From: a virus
Virus record (IMG/VR): IMGVR_UViG_3300045125_000101
Location: 74,068 to 138,067 of that record
Reading direction: 5' to 3' (one strand)
Length of the DNA stretch: 64,000 bases
Shown here: positions 1 to 12,523 of the stretch, piece by piece
Position numbering within the stretch: position 1 is the first letter of the stretch
Layout: each line of letters starts with the position of its first letter
Position numbers and translations under genes: made by a program
The notes under the pieces: model-generated
Databases searched by the model: none
What the model was told of the DNA's origin: nothing
What the model saw: only the letters and a program-made list of their open reading frames with translations

Positions 1-440
1 GATATACTCCAAATCCATCATTTACAGGTGCAAATGTTGTGCCTACTCTGTCTTCATTATTGAATATATTAGGTTCAAGACGCCAAGAACAGGCAACTAT
101 TTTCCTGTCAGAAAGATGATACAATATCATAAAGAGGTTTGTCGTAATGGCGACTGACATACATATCGCTATGTATAAGACTAAAGAATTCAGTCTGCAC
201 TCTTTTAATTGCTTCGTTGACTCCACCGCCGATGCCTTTTGATTTTTCATTTTGTTCGTAAATAGTTTGTATGTCTTTTTGTTCAAGCAACCAATCTCTT
301 GTTTCGGTGTCATTTTCTGTATAAACAATGATGGGTTGATTTTTGTAATATGAGTTTTCGCGAATAGATTCAATCGCCAACTTCAAGTAGCACAAACTTT
401 TGTATGTATTTATGACCCAAGTATATTTAGCATCATTCAT
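1..440 (-). CDS. Glycosyltransferase family 2 (partial, runs off the window; frameshift near 110)
   Basis: WVINTYKS...IIVY...GGGVNEAIKRVQTEFFSLIHSDM is a GT-A/GT2 N-terminal pattern; reading continues in another frame to position 1. Confidence 0.75.
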
Positions 441-458
441 ATTTTTATTTATTATGCA

Positions 459-680
459 TCAAATAATGCTTATAACATTGTCAAAAAACATTTTGGCACT
501 TTCTTCAACATCTCCGTCAAACTTCATTACTCCATCATTCCACGAAAGTATTCCAATCTGTTTATTATCTTTTTTAAATATTACGTTGTTTGACGGTTGA
601 TAACATGATATTGGCACGGACAACGAATCTGTCAAATCTTGATTCTTATAAAACTCAAACTGCGTTTCAGTTATATTCAT
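459..680 (-). CDS. Hypothetical protein
   Basis: 73-aa ORF tightly packed in the operon. Confidence 0.5.
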   Translation of the reverse strand: MNITETQFEFYKNQDLTDSLSVPISCYQPSNNVIFKKDNKQIGILSWNDGVMKFDGDVEESAKMFFDNVISII

Positions 681-1446
681 ATTTTTCCGCTTCTGCTCTA
701 AGAGCCATATAATCGTTGTATAGATTAGTCTTTACAAAGAAATTACGCATACCAGTTTCGGCTAAACGACAATATGTTGGAATATCCAACCCTGCTACAC
801 CTCTTTTTACTGTGAGAGAGTTGTGGTGCAAAATACAAGCTCTATCAACCACACCAATCTTATATCCTAACTTTTTGGCAGTAAGAGCAAATAGCCAGTC
901 CGGCCCCCATCCATACATAAGGTCGGAATCTATATTTCCCACAGCTTCAATCAAACGACGAGAAATAAGCGGACATTGAAAATCAGAATATACAACACGT
1001 CTTATTTCCTTGGAACATCTGCTATGCATTGATTTCCAATGACATTGCTGGTTTGGTTCTATGTTATAGAACGATGGAGCTACAATGTCGTATTCTATTT
1101 CATCATACGCAATCATATGCTCTGTAAAGATTGTTTTGAACATTTCGCCACGAAGTGTTCTTACAAACTCATATGGATGTATGGTCAAGTCATTACTAAG
1201 AAATAACAAAGAGTCATATTCTTTGTTTTCTTTCACAAACTCCATTGATGCATTTAGTCCGCCACCAAAATATACATTAGTTTCCAACTGAAATGATGTA
1301 TACTTGCTTCTGTTTTCTGGCTTGGATGCGTTGTCTAACACAAACAAATCATAATCTTGTCTTTCATATGGCTTAAGAGACTCATACAGCATATCTGTAT
1401 AATCTGGCATATTATGATTTAAAATAATCGCTGCTGTTTTACCCAT
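667..1446 (-). CDS. Glycosyltransferase family 2
   Basis: AIILNHN...VLDNAS...NVYFGGGLN...LLFLSND...YGWGPD. Confidence 0.8.
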   Translation of the reverse strand: MGKTAAIILNHNMPDYTDMLYESLKPYERQDYDLFVLDNASKPENRSKYTSFQLETNVYFGGGLNASMEFVKENKEYDSLLFLSNDLTIHPYEFVRTLRGEMFKTIFTEHMIAYDEIEYDIVAPSFYNIEPNQQCHWKSMHSRCSKEIRRVVYSDFQCPLISRRLIEAVGNIDSDLMYGWGPDWLFALTAKKLGYKIGVVDRACILHHNSLTVKRGVAGLDIPTYCRLAETGMRNFFVKTNLYNDYMALRAEAEKYEYN

Positions 1447-1447
1447 A

Positions 1448-1863
1448 TTATGTATCTCCGTTGAATATTCTCATTTTGATGCTCTTTCCAGACATTTCGG
1501 CAGGTTCAATAAAAAACTTTTTATCTGGTGCGGTTATGCTAAAGAACATTTCAAGTTCGTCTTCAGTGTCTGCAAACATCATAAATGTTTCATCTTTTCC
1601 GCTTTCTCTGCATTTGAACAGATTATATTGTGTAGTAGTTACGGTAGTATATCCTTGATTATGCTTCATCGGTTTCAGATATAAGAATAAACTCGGCAAA
1701 ATCATTGCCGCAGAATATACCGATGCGGTAATATTAGTAAATAATGTATCGTTTAGTATAGCATCTTTGATATAAAAAAGCGATATAAACATCAAAGGAA
1801 ATCCAACTATCGAAAACATCAATACTAAGTAATAGTAAAAGCTTTTTTAGGTTTTGAAGTCAT
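1448..1863 (-). CDS. Hypothetical membrane protein
   Basis: Two hydrophobic segments; TTGACA..TATTAT promoter-like sequence upstream; start inferred across a frameshift. Confidence 0.45.
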
Positions 1864-1901
1864 CTTCGGATATAATACCTTTTAATATGCCGTTATGTCA
1901 A

Positions 1902-2576
1902 TCAGTTAAACGTCATTCCGTGTTTCAAAAATATTTCTTTCAATGCATATTTTAACGGAAGATGTCTAATAAGTAATCTTTCGAGCATCTTTAAATTATA
2001 TGGATATACTTTTTCCAATCCACATTGTGTGTAAGGATCTGTGGCCCCTTGTTCTATAATGCCATATGGTCCCCAATGCGTCTGTACTAAAACCCACCAC
2101 TGTCTATAGCGCGACGAAGCTGCTTTCTTGTTAGAACCCAACAAGCCTGATGCTGGTTAGCTTGCCACCCAATTTTTTTGGTGAGCTTTTTGAACCATTG
2201 GTCCATAATATTCACACAAGTTTACTATAATTTTTTTGTCATCTCTCTGCTCATACAATAAAAATCCAGCAACTTGATTGTCAGGCAAAGTATTGTTATA
2301 CTCTAGGAATGCATCCAAATTATCTTCTGTAATAAGAATGTCATTTTCAGTATATATGAATAAAGTCAAAATTGTCTATGGCATCAGCCATTTCCCATCT
2401 ACATGGATAAGGCAATCCTTGAGTGATATCTTCTGGGTGAATTACCTGCTTTTCTCGCAGCAATGGTACAGTAGTATGTATAGTTATATCAACTTTATAT
2501 TTTTTCATAGACCTGTACTCTTTTAGCACTTGGTCCAGATACTGCAAGCTGAGTATTACCAAAATTATTTACACAT
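1902..2576 (-). CDS. Glycosyltransferase-like protein (frameshifted)
   Basis: Three consecutive ORF fragments; FIYTENDILIT DxD-like motif. Confidence 0.5.
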
Positions 2577-3467
2577 ATTTTTGTTCTCATAAATTTTTAA
2601 ATATATCTATAATTTGTTGAGCGCGAGTTTCTGCGCGGTGATATACATTCACTTTACTATATATTCTTTCTGACAAAGTTTCTCTCATATATTGGTTGTC
2701 TAGTAGATATTGTATCATTTCAACGGCTTCTTTGGATTAGAATAATACAGTATATCTTTACCATCTATAAACAAATCGTAGATACCAGTAGCAGCAGATA
2801 TGCGATTGGTAACTACAGCAAGTTTACATCCTCCCGCTTCAAATATGCGACGAGTAATTTCATCATATCTTGCATATTGAAAAGCAACAGTACCACTATT
2901 ATAAAACTCAGTGTTTTCTTGTGGAGGTATTTTTTTATTGATAAACTTGTCTCCCAGCGTCAGATTGAATATACCTAACGCCCGGGCCTATCTCCGCAAG
3001 TTGTAATACATACGTTTTTTTCTTGGTATGTTATCTTTGTATCTAAATAAAAATTCATCTCCCCAATGGTTTAACCAATGAGCATTTTTAAATCCCATTT
3101 CTTTGTACTTAGCGTAACATCTTGCATCAGGTGTATATATTGCATCTGCAAACTTTACTCGTTCAAACCCCTGCCCAAAAGTCTGCGGTTCATCGCCCAT
3201 GTCCAATATTAATTTTGTTTTACTTATAGATTTTAGTTTTTTAATTTCAGAATCTAAAGAATCAGAAGTCCAAGGCCAAAATACACCAACAAAATCATAC
3301 TTATCTGCGTGTGGATACAATTTATCTAAATTGCAATTGCCCGCATCAAATTTATATACATCAACCTCGTGCCCCAATCTTTTGAACGCAAAAGACAATC
3401 CAAGTGGACAATTCCAATAATCTTCTGGCCGCTTTTCATCACCGTGCCATAACATTGCTATTTTCAT
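2570..3467 (-). CDS. GT-B glycosyltransferase, CgeB/Glyco_trans_1_2-like (frameshifted)
   Basis: MKIAML...AFKRLGHEV N-terminus; downstream frame reads EITRRIFEAGGCKLAVVT. Confidence 0.7.
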
Positions 3468-4288
3468 AGTTTCTCCAATATTTTGTCTATTGCTTGTTCA
3501 ATGCTATACTTTTGACGAAACCCTAAATATCTCAACTTTTCACAATCCATAAAGAAGTTTGGTGTTTGTACAATTTGATGAAACTCTGGCGCGTCTATGT
3601 ATGTTATTTGACTTCTTTGAACCAGTCTTTTTCATTACATAATCAACAACATCTATAAGTTTAGTGCTGTCTTCTGCACCAATGTTGTAGATATCATTCA
3701 ACCTCCCAGAATGAGTTATTAAGTTGATTGCTGCACATACATCTTCAACGTGCAAGAAGTTTCTATAGTTGTCTCCCTTGTATATGCTTATAGGTTCGCC
3801 TCTGTACTATATTTCCTATAAGATATTCCAACGCATTTTTTTCTTACCAGCAGACACGTCACCGCCAATGACATTACAAAGACGCATTATTCTATAGTTC
3901 TTATGAAATGTGCGACAAAATGACTCGGTAAGGTCTTCCCCGCTTTCTTTGTTATAGAATAAAATCCCTTTTGGAATACAACGGTCTATTTCTCTTGCGG
4001 GATGATACTTGGTATATCCATCACCGTATACAAACCAGCTACTAACAAAGTTAAATGTACCTTGCACGTTTGGCAATACATCAACAAGTTTAGTAAGGTT
4101 GGTATTGATGTCTTTATGCAGGTCATCAAATACGTGATAGTTGTGCGTAGTGCTTATGAGATATAACACATCTTGCATTCCTTCTACCCAGTTTTCATCT
4201 CGTGGAGCAATGATGCTCTTATTTGATACATTTTGGCAAAATTACTGCCAATGAATCCAGAACCGCCAAATATAGTTAGTTGGTCCAT
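3464..4288 (-). CDS. NAD-dependent epimerase/dehydratase (frameshifted)
   Basis: IFGGSGFIG Rossmann motif, SSWFVYG, RLCNVIG, RNFLHVEDVCAAI, IYNIG. Confidence 0.85.
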
Positions 4289-5585
4289 ATTGATAATACA
4301 GTCTCAATATGATTAAGATTATCCTGCGATATTGTAGGTGCACATCCTAAGAAAAATACAAGGTCAAGTACTTTGTTTGACTCTGGATACTTTTTGTAAT
4401 CATCGAGATGTTTATATCCGTTATGTACCAATAGATTTCCTGCAAAATAGTTACGAGTTTGTACACCGTTCTTTTCCAAGAATGAAACCAGTGCTTCTTT
4501 TGCTTCTTGTCTTTACAAATGATAGGTACGCCAAATGGAACCCAGTCTGTTTCAGCAAATGTGTTCGGAAAGTTTAATCCATGTACATATTTCTTGAGAT
4601 AAGACTGTATTGAGTTCTTGTTGGATTGTCTTGTCTTGCAGATATATTCAAGTTTCTTCAACTGCTCTAATCCAATGGCACCTTGTAGGTCGAGTGGCTT
4701 CAAATTCCAACCGATTCGGTTGAATACATACTTGTGGTCAATAATGAGTTCTGGAAACTCTTGGTGAGCTACCTGGAAAATCTTTGTTGCAAGAGCCATT
4801 GCACAGTAGATTTGCTGCTCCAACACAATAACAATCCTGCCCCAAGTACCAAAACTTCTGGCCATATCAACGATTTCGTATATCCGACGAAACCATACCA
4901 CCTTCCAGTGTTGTTATTTCGTGCGCAGGATAAAAAGAGCAACTTGATACAACAGCATATTCATTCAAATATTTTCCACGCCACTTAGAACCAAGAGAGT
5001 CGCAGTTATCCAAAAGCAACTTGATATTGTGCTTTTTGGTAATGGCAAGCATTTCGTCCATGTCTGAGAGGGTTGCCTAGTACTGGGCTCAAAAACACAG
5101 CCTTTGTTTTTTGGCTTATCTTTTCTTCAATTTTCGCCAAATCAAAATTCAGCGTTGACCATTCAATGTCTATGAATACTCGGCTTGAGATTATTATGAA
5201 CAATAGCAGACACAGTTGTTGGAAATCCTACGGCAGAAACAACAATTTCATCACCGTCTTTCCATCCAAAATACTTTTACAAGCTGCGATAAGAAGCAAG
5301 TTTGCGCTTGAACCGCTATTACAAAAGAACGAGAACTTATTGTTGATATGTCTACCAAACTCTCGTTCAAATCTTGCACACGTTTCTCCAGAAGAAGACC
5401 ACTTTCCAAATAAAAGCGATTCTATTGCAGCGACCAATTCGCTATTATCAAAGTATGCGCTAGAATAATATACCTTCTTTTTTATCTTTTGCTACAAGAT
5501 TGTGCGCAAACTTGGGCACAAACCCATATTTAGATGTTATGCTTTCTATGAATTTAGAAATGTCTTCTCGTTGATTGTTTTCCAT
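4276..5585 (-). CDS. rfbH: DegT/DnrJ/EryC1/StrS PLP enzyme, RfbH (CDP-4-keto-6-deoxyglucose-3-dehydratase)-like (frameshifted)
   Basis: NSGSSANLL, LLDNCDSLGS, SFYPAHEITTLEGG (His at the usual Lys position, as in RfbH/E1), DHKYVF..IGWNLKPLDLQGAIG, TRNYFAGN. Confidence 0.8.
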
Positions 5586-5589
5586 AAAT

Positions 5590-6314
5590 TTAAAAATAGT
5601 TGCAGGTTTTATTGTATACATCTTCCCAATTTACTACTGGACCTATGTATTTTGGTTCACAGTGAGTAGAATAGCCCGGTATAGAATTTATTAGCGTTTT
5701 TCCTTCTCTTGTAAGATGTCTGAACTTGTCAAAGTCTCTGGTTAGTCCTTTCTGTATATCGCAGTATTTACGTGTATGGCGAAATCTCTTCGCAGTGTGC
5801 TTCCTTTGCACGCATATGTATTTGTGGTATTTGGTATTGTTCTCCAATGTACACTCGGAGTACATCCAATTTTTTGATACCAAGTCTGCATACATTTCAT
5901 AAAAATATTTATCGTTATGATCGTATAATGTTATATAATCCACGTCAATATATTTAAATCCTTCTATCAATATTTTTGACCAACCAATATTATGCAGATA
6001 GTCATCTTCTACAAAATATAGTATATCTTCATCCGAAAATCAGAAGCAATGGCAGTATCCAATAGATTTAAAAAACTTTTGGCATCGCTGCCTCCTTGCT
6101 TTTCATGTAAATTGAACTTTCCCTTATATTTTTCATTTTCCAAAAATGTCCGCTACCAGAAAGAACGCCATCAAAACATACATTTAGTTCACAATTTTCA
6201 TCCATGGTGTTAAGAAAGCTGTTAAAACAGCCTTCTCTGCTAAAAAAGATGGTCTTTCTTTGTTCGCAGAGTTGCTTGAAACTTGCAGTGTCTTGCGAAT
6301 ATTTTTATTTTCAT
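5590..6314 (-). CDS. Glycosyltransferase-like protein (frameshifted)
   Basis: ILYFVEDDYLH and YITLYDHNDKY motifs. Confidence 0.55.
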
Positions 6315-7078
6315 TCTATTTTTAGGTCCAAATAAGGTTCCACCGTGTTGTATTCAAAACCCAAAGATTACGTCTCTTTCCGCGAAATGGCTCAGAAAAT
6401 CCTTATGCACAAGTGCCGTCCAGTCTTGGTCTTTATTATGACTCCAACAACTTACTTTTTTAACATAGTCTCTTTGGAACGTACCCAAGAATAATGATGA
6501 ATAAATGGCTTTCCATTATATGTCACATTTCTTGCTTTGCTGTCATAAGGCACATAATCAAATACACCAGAACGTTCATTTTCATGCATTATGAATTGCT
6601 CCTGATGTATACATTCCTTTTTCCACGAGTGCAATAGAATCTGCACTATTCTTTACATTGATATTTGAAATCTCTGAAATAGAAATAATTTGCCAACTTA
6701 TAGCTAACCAACAATTTGCTTTGCTGTTCTGCCCACCAAGCGTTGAACTCATCCGGTACAATTATTTCGTCTGTATCTAAAAACATAAAATAGTCTGTAT
6801 CATCCGGAGCAACTTCTATTCCTATCTGACGAGAAATATTACAATGCCAACGGGAACTTTCTGTTCTGGAATAATCAAATTCGATGAATTCTGCACCAGA
6901 TTTTCTCCCACAGATTTAAGCAGCAGTGCTCTGTCTTGCTCTTCTGTTCCATCGTGGAAATGAGGCTACAAAACGGTACAACAACTTTATACGAAACTTT
7001 TAATGCAGCATCTATGCACGGCTTAAGAAATATATAATCATTGGTGCAGTAGCTTATAACTGTTGTAATTTTTTTCAT
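6311..7078 (-). CDS. Glycosyltransferase-like protein (frameshifted)
   Basis: ITTVISYCTND, FMFLDTDEI, HHYSWVRSK. Confidence 0.6.
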
Positions 7079-7085
7079 ATTAATT

Positions 7086-7906
7086 ATTTATAGTATAGCT
7101 GCTATAGTTGATATCTTTCTGCCAATCAGTTCTTTCAAACTTTAACGATATTGATTTGGCATCTATTATATCAACGGGACATCCATAACATCTTTAATTA
7201 TTGTATCCAAATCGCCCATTTTTTCTCTTGGTATGGCAATGTATGGTCACAAGGATATTCCGTGTTAATTTTACCAAGATATATCCCAAAGACAATATTT
7301 TATTCAGCAACATTTCGGAATTTTTACCAGCAATTCAACCATTGATTTTCCACTTCGACAAACATAATTGGTCTCGAATTACTAATCAATGTTTGCGCTC
7401 CTTCTAAAAGAAATAATTCACATCCTTGGAACATCCATTTTAATAAAAGATACGCCGGAAGTTATAACATTGTCCAGTTTCAACATTTCTACCATATCTC
7501 CTCCATTGCCGACTTTTGTTGCTCCTATATTTACTCCCTGTTGTCTATCTACATCAACATATTCCATTTGAATCATTTCATTCTTGTTTCCCAAAGCAAG
7601 ATTAAAACAAAATACATTTCTAAGGTCATTGATGAACACGTTACCACAAAGTTGTTGATATATTACTCGCAACGGTTCGAATGCCCCCACTCTACCTGTT
7701 GGTCCTACCATTTTTGCCATCGTAATTGTGTGGATATCCTAAATTAGCGCCGCAGTCCAAAACAAACGTCTCCTTTCTTTTATCACATTTTTTACAACAT
7801 TATAAAAGTGAGGTTCAAAATCGTGATTGGTCATTAGTGCTTGTCCGAGCGCATCATTCGGCAATATCATAAACTTACCGTGCAATGTATCTGTTATATT
7901 TGGCAT
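7086..7906 (-). CDS. FkbM-family methyltransferase (frameshifted)
   Basis: DCGANLG, GRVGAFEP, FIKMDV.G.E. Confidence 0.85.
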
Positions 7907-7907
7907 A

Positions 7908-8856
7908 TTATTTTATGAAAATGTCATTAAATTGTTTCATTACATTTTGTGGAGAAAATTTTATAGAATATCTGTCCCAATCAACATTATCAATGTAATT
8001 TTTATCTATTTCCAACAAATACGACAAAAGTTCGTATCCATTTTTATATAATAAAGCTCGGTCTCCCAACATTTCAATATGTGCTCTCATTATACCATTC
8101 ATACGAAGCGTCAAACGTAAATACTGGCTTATTACGGGACGAAACTCGCCAACAGCCAGTCCAAATGTTTCTCCGTCAGACCTGCGGCGCAACATCACGT
8201 CAGCAGTGTTGATAAATTTAGTTTTGTAAATATTTTCGGCGAGAAAACGGAATAAATTTTGCGCGAGGATGGTCTATAAATTTTTCTGTATTTAAGAATA
8301 TTGCCCATAAATTGTTTCGTCTATCCAACGCATCTCATTACTGCATTTTGTGCAAACTTTATATCAAACTGTTTATATCCACACCAATCTTCCTATTACA
8401 AGTGCATTATTTGGAATTCCAAGTTCAACTCTCAAACTATCTTCAGTTTTTGGAAGATTTATGATATGAGGCGACCCATTTTGGTTGGTTAAATCTGCGT
8501 GCTAACCATTCACTTACTCCAGCGTATACATCTCCGTGCGGTTCGGTCATACTGAATATGCAATGTATTGCAGTTTTGCAATTTTTTGGAGTTACTCCTT
8601 CATTTCTTCCGCCCGCTTTTGCAAAATAAAAACATCTATCTTTTCTTTATCCACTATATTCTGTATTTCAGATTCATTGTCATATAATATGGTTTTGAAC
8701 TCAGAATATTTTTCTGGGGGACACGTAGATTTTGGCCTTGAACTCATTATGATTGGTTCGTGCCCCAAGCAATCTCTTATAGCGGCGGAATAATCATAAG
8801 TAACTGTCCCGCATCCTCTATGGTCTAGTTGTTCAACGTGGACTGCAATCTTTATG
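7908..8856 (-). CDS. Glycosyltransferase, GT-B-like (frameshifted)
   Basis: RGCGTVTYDY N-terminus; RSDGETFGLAVGEF; FSPQNVMKQF. Confidence 0.7.
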
Positions 8857-8897
8857 GTACTATTCTTCGTATTGTATATATTTCTTGAGACAGATTA

Positions 8898-9595
8898 TTA
8901 AAATTTTTCCAATCGTCCCATTTTTGCGCTTATAAATTTACCAGAAATTCCATCACTATTTTCAGAAATCAACCACTCTATCAGTTGCATTGCAGGTTCT
9001 GGGTCATCTCCGTTCTCACTTTGACGTTTTGCTTTTTCATATTCCTGCGTTCCAATTATCTCCGGTCCCGCTTGCAGTGGGCCATCAATGATGTTAGTTT
9101 TAATAGCGCCCGCAAGTGCCACTGCGTTTATGTCCAAGGTAGATTCTTCCAATGCCATTGTTTCCACAAGTCTAACCACAGCAGTTTTCGCTACAGCATA
9201 TGCAGAAAAATATGCTCTGCCATTTCCGGCTCCTCCACCTGCCATACATACTATTTTTTGGCGTTTGTCAGTGCGCATCAACGGATAAAACTCTCGTATA
9301 ACATTATATGTTCCATCTAAATTTATTCTTATTGTCTGTAGACCAATTTTCCAGGATTTGTTTTTGTTATTTTACCCAGTTCTCCTTGAGTTCCTGCACA
9401 CGTAATGATTGCGTCAAAGTAAACATCACAATCAAGAAAGTAATTGGCCCATCCTCGCACTTCTTCTATGTTAGAAACGTCGCACGGATATTTTGAAGAA
9501 CGAGAAAGACCATATACTGTATGCCCATTATTTTCGAATCTATCAGACAACATCTTTCCTATACCAAAAGTATTACCTGTTATTAGAATGTTCAT
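8898..9595 (-). CDS. SDR-family oxidoreductase (frameshifted)
   Basis: ILITGNTFGIG, CDVSN, CAG, YAVAK catalytic YxxxK. Confidence 0.85.
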
Positions 9596-9649
9596 CGTTG
9601 GATTTTTTAATGGATGGAATAAGAGATAATCCAATATTGTATTTTTCGT

Positions 9650-10318
9650 TCAATTGGATGAGAGATTGTGTATTTCTCTGCCGAGTGTATCATTTGTATA
9701 TGGTCCTCCAGCTTTTAAATAAGATAACTTACCTATACGTTTATCTGTTTGCAGTCCGGCTGTTATATCTGATGAATTGGCCCCAACCGCTTTTGCAATT
9801 TTATCTATTTCATTTATGAATGCGATAGACATTGCCAAGTATGAATTAAGAGCGTGCTTTACCATCTCAGCAGATTCTAAACTCATCCAGAGTATGTTAG
9901 ATGTCAATGGACGAAACAATTCAGCAATTATGTCCTTTGATAAATTGTCACATCCTACGATAACTCTCTCTGGGTTTAGAAAATCATTTATTGCTCTGCC
10001 TCTTCTTAAATTTTCAGGAGAACACGCGATTCTAATATCTGTATATACATTTTCTAATGTTCTACAGGTTCCAACAGGCACTTGCGTTGATATTAATGCA
10101 ATTGCATTCTTTTTGGCGAGCGGTAACACTTTTCCCAACCAATCAAATATGATTTTTGAATCTGGTTTACCATCTTTGTCCACTGGTGTGTCATAGCAAA
10201 CCCATATGACATCACTATCGCCCACTTTGGCATCATCTACATTTACTTGATGAAATTGCTCCATACAAGCAGCAGTTATATACGCCAGATGCCCGTGACC
10301 TATTACTGATATTTTCAT
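9650..10318 (-). CDS. UDP-glucose/GDP-mannose dehydrogenase family protein (short form)
   Basis: CYDTP, STQVPVGT, SPENLRRG, ESAEMVKHALNSYLAMSIAFINE, DKRIG. Confidence 0.85.
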   Translation of the reverse strand: MKISVIGHGHLAYITAACMEQFHQVNVDDAKVGDSDVIWVCYDTPVDKDGKPDSKIIFDWLGKVLPLAKKNAIALISTQVPVGTCRTLENVYTDIRIACSPENLRRGRAINDFLNPERVIVGCDNLSKDIIAELFRPLTSNILWMSLESAEMVKHALNSYLAMSIAFINEIDKIAKAVGANSSDITAGLQTDKRIGKLSYLKAGGPYTNDTLGREIHNLSSN

Positions 10319-10319
10319 A

Positions 10320-11003
10320 ATTTATCCTTGGCCCATATTTGCTTGTTTAGACCAATTTTGGTTATAAAACAAGTTTTTGTGCTTTTGTGTCTATCTATGG
10401 TCTTGTCGTGAACAATGGACCATTCTACTTCTTTTGGTAGCATAGTAACATATTCTGCACCCATTACAGTCTCGTGCAAGGGTTTTGCCATTGTATCTTT
10501 AAACTATTTTTATATATACGAGATTGATAATCACCGTGATTCCAATTAATTATTGGTTCATTGCCAAAATATTCTGGTAATGTGCTCATATGCCAGCCCC
10601 ACATAGCAGCATCTTGCTGGGTTGCTCCACGTACAATATTAACTCTGGGTACTCTATATAGTTCTACTGTAGGATTGGATTTAATCAACTCGTGCATATT
10701 TTGCAACAGTTCGGGCCAAAGATATTCATCGGCATCAAGCTGAACAATATAATCACCAATGCAACGCTTACTACCATAGTTCTTATGCTCTGCAAAGTTT
10801 TTATTTAGTGCGTGTTGAACTACACTAAAACCATAGCTTCTTGCTTTATCAAGTATCTTTTTGTGCCATCATTGTCTGAAAAATCGTCCAAAATGACAAC
10901 TTCATCATTTGCGGCATTAAAATCAATATGAGTCTTGAGCTTCTCAATTAATTCAAGAAGCTCAAGTGTCTCGATTCTTACACGTAACCAAATAACTTAT
11001 TTT
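10320..11003 (-). CDS. Glycosyltransferase family 2 (frameshifted)
   Basis: VVILDDFSD, NFAEHKNYG, YIVQLDADE, VPRVN, DYQSRIY. Confidence 0.8.
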
Positions 11004-12303
11004 CACGACGTTGTTGGCGTTATTTTTTTGAATTTGGGTAATGTAATACCAACCTTCTTTTCAAATACAGGCAAGTGCTTTTCTAGAACACCAACCAGTA
11101 ATTTTCCTGCCGCATCAAGATTGAATTTTTCAGCATTCTGAGCGCGCAACTTTTCAGCGTTTGGAACATAGTTGATATAGTTGGTGTATATATCTTCCAA
11201 CTTTTGTGCAGCGACACTATAGTTTGCATTAAACCATTGACCTTCTTTCACCAACCATTCATTACACGCACTCGGTGGAACGTTGACCAGTGTACCGGCA
11301 ATAGATTGGATAAATTTTCCGGCAAGAAATCTACGTGTCCACTCCAGTTAGTGGTTAGCAATGGCTTTCCGCTTAGTGTCGCCTCAAGTAGTGGTCTACC
11401 AAACCCTTCACCGTGCGTAAGACTGACGTGTGCTTTGACTTTTGGATGATTGTATAGGCGATTCAATTCTTGCGGAGTTAATTCTCCGTGAATTACATAT
11501 ATATTCGGAAGATTTCCAGATAATGATGAACGAATATCATTAATCTTCTTCAAGATTTCCGCTTTATCAATCTTAGAGAATGTGGCTCCGCTTGTCTTTA
11601 AAATCAAAGCAGGAGCATTCTTTTTGTTCTTGAATACTTCGCTGAACAACTTAACAAGCATTCCTACATCTTTTCTATCTGCAACCCAATTCGCCTTGAA
11701 TCCAGTGACCAACAAACAAATAGCAGAATGTTTCTGGTACTGCATTGTAGCGCGGCGTCTATTTCTTCAGACGGTTCATTAATTTTCTTGTAAATATTTG
11801 TATCCACCCCCTCAAATACAACTTCAATTGGCTTATTTACTTGAATTTTTTCTGTCATCCCAGACCGCTCGTCTCTGCGGTCATATACTGTTTTGATAAG
11901 CACTTCTTTTGAAAAGTTTGAAGGAACAATATTCAAATTCATTCTGTTTAATCCTTCAATCCATTCAGGCTTTGGTACCGTGCTTTCAATACCAGCGGTT
12001 ACGCCAATGTTATATTTTTCCGCGTGGTTGAAACTCGTTTGGAATAGATACTTGAACGAGAAGTTCCGGCTGTGAAGTCAATTGCGTAGTCAATATTCTG
12101 CTCTTGATTTCTTTTACCATAGGACGACTTTCGTCATCCAACATAGTATTCGGACATACGCCCCATCGCATTGGTACAATCTTAACGTCAAACTTATCAT
12201 ATTTTATGATATCTGCCGCAAGTGCGAAGCAATGGTCTCCATATCCAGATCTAGAAGCTACTGGACCTTGAATGACACATACTGGTTTAATTTCGGTACT
12301 CAT
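11003..12303 (-). CDS. Glycosyltransferase family 4-like (frameshifted)
   Basis: GPVASRSGYG, SIPNEFQ, HGEGFGRPLLEA, TNWSGHVDFL. Confidence 0.85.
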
Positions 12304-12323
12304 TTATATAACCTTTTGTTTGT

Positions 12324-12514
12324 TATGGTGCTGTTCCAGGTGTATTTTGACCTTCTTGCTCTTGAATGATGGCTTCAATCTCAGATTTAACATCATTGAT
12401 GCGGTCCTTGAAGTCAGTCATAACTACTCGCTTTTCCATTTCAATTTCACGAAGTTGCTTGGCAAGTTCGTAGATTTTTGTCTTTTGCTTCTTCTTTTGT
12501 TAATGCTTTAGCCA
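12324..12514 (-). CDS. Small coiled-coil hypothetical protein
   Basis: MAKALTKRR...KIYELAKQLREIEMEK read on the - strand between two GT genes. Confidence 0.45.
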
Positions 12515-12523
12515 TAATATTAT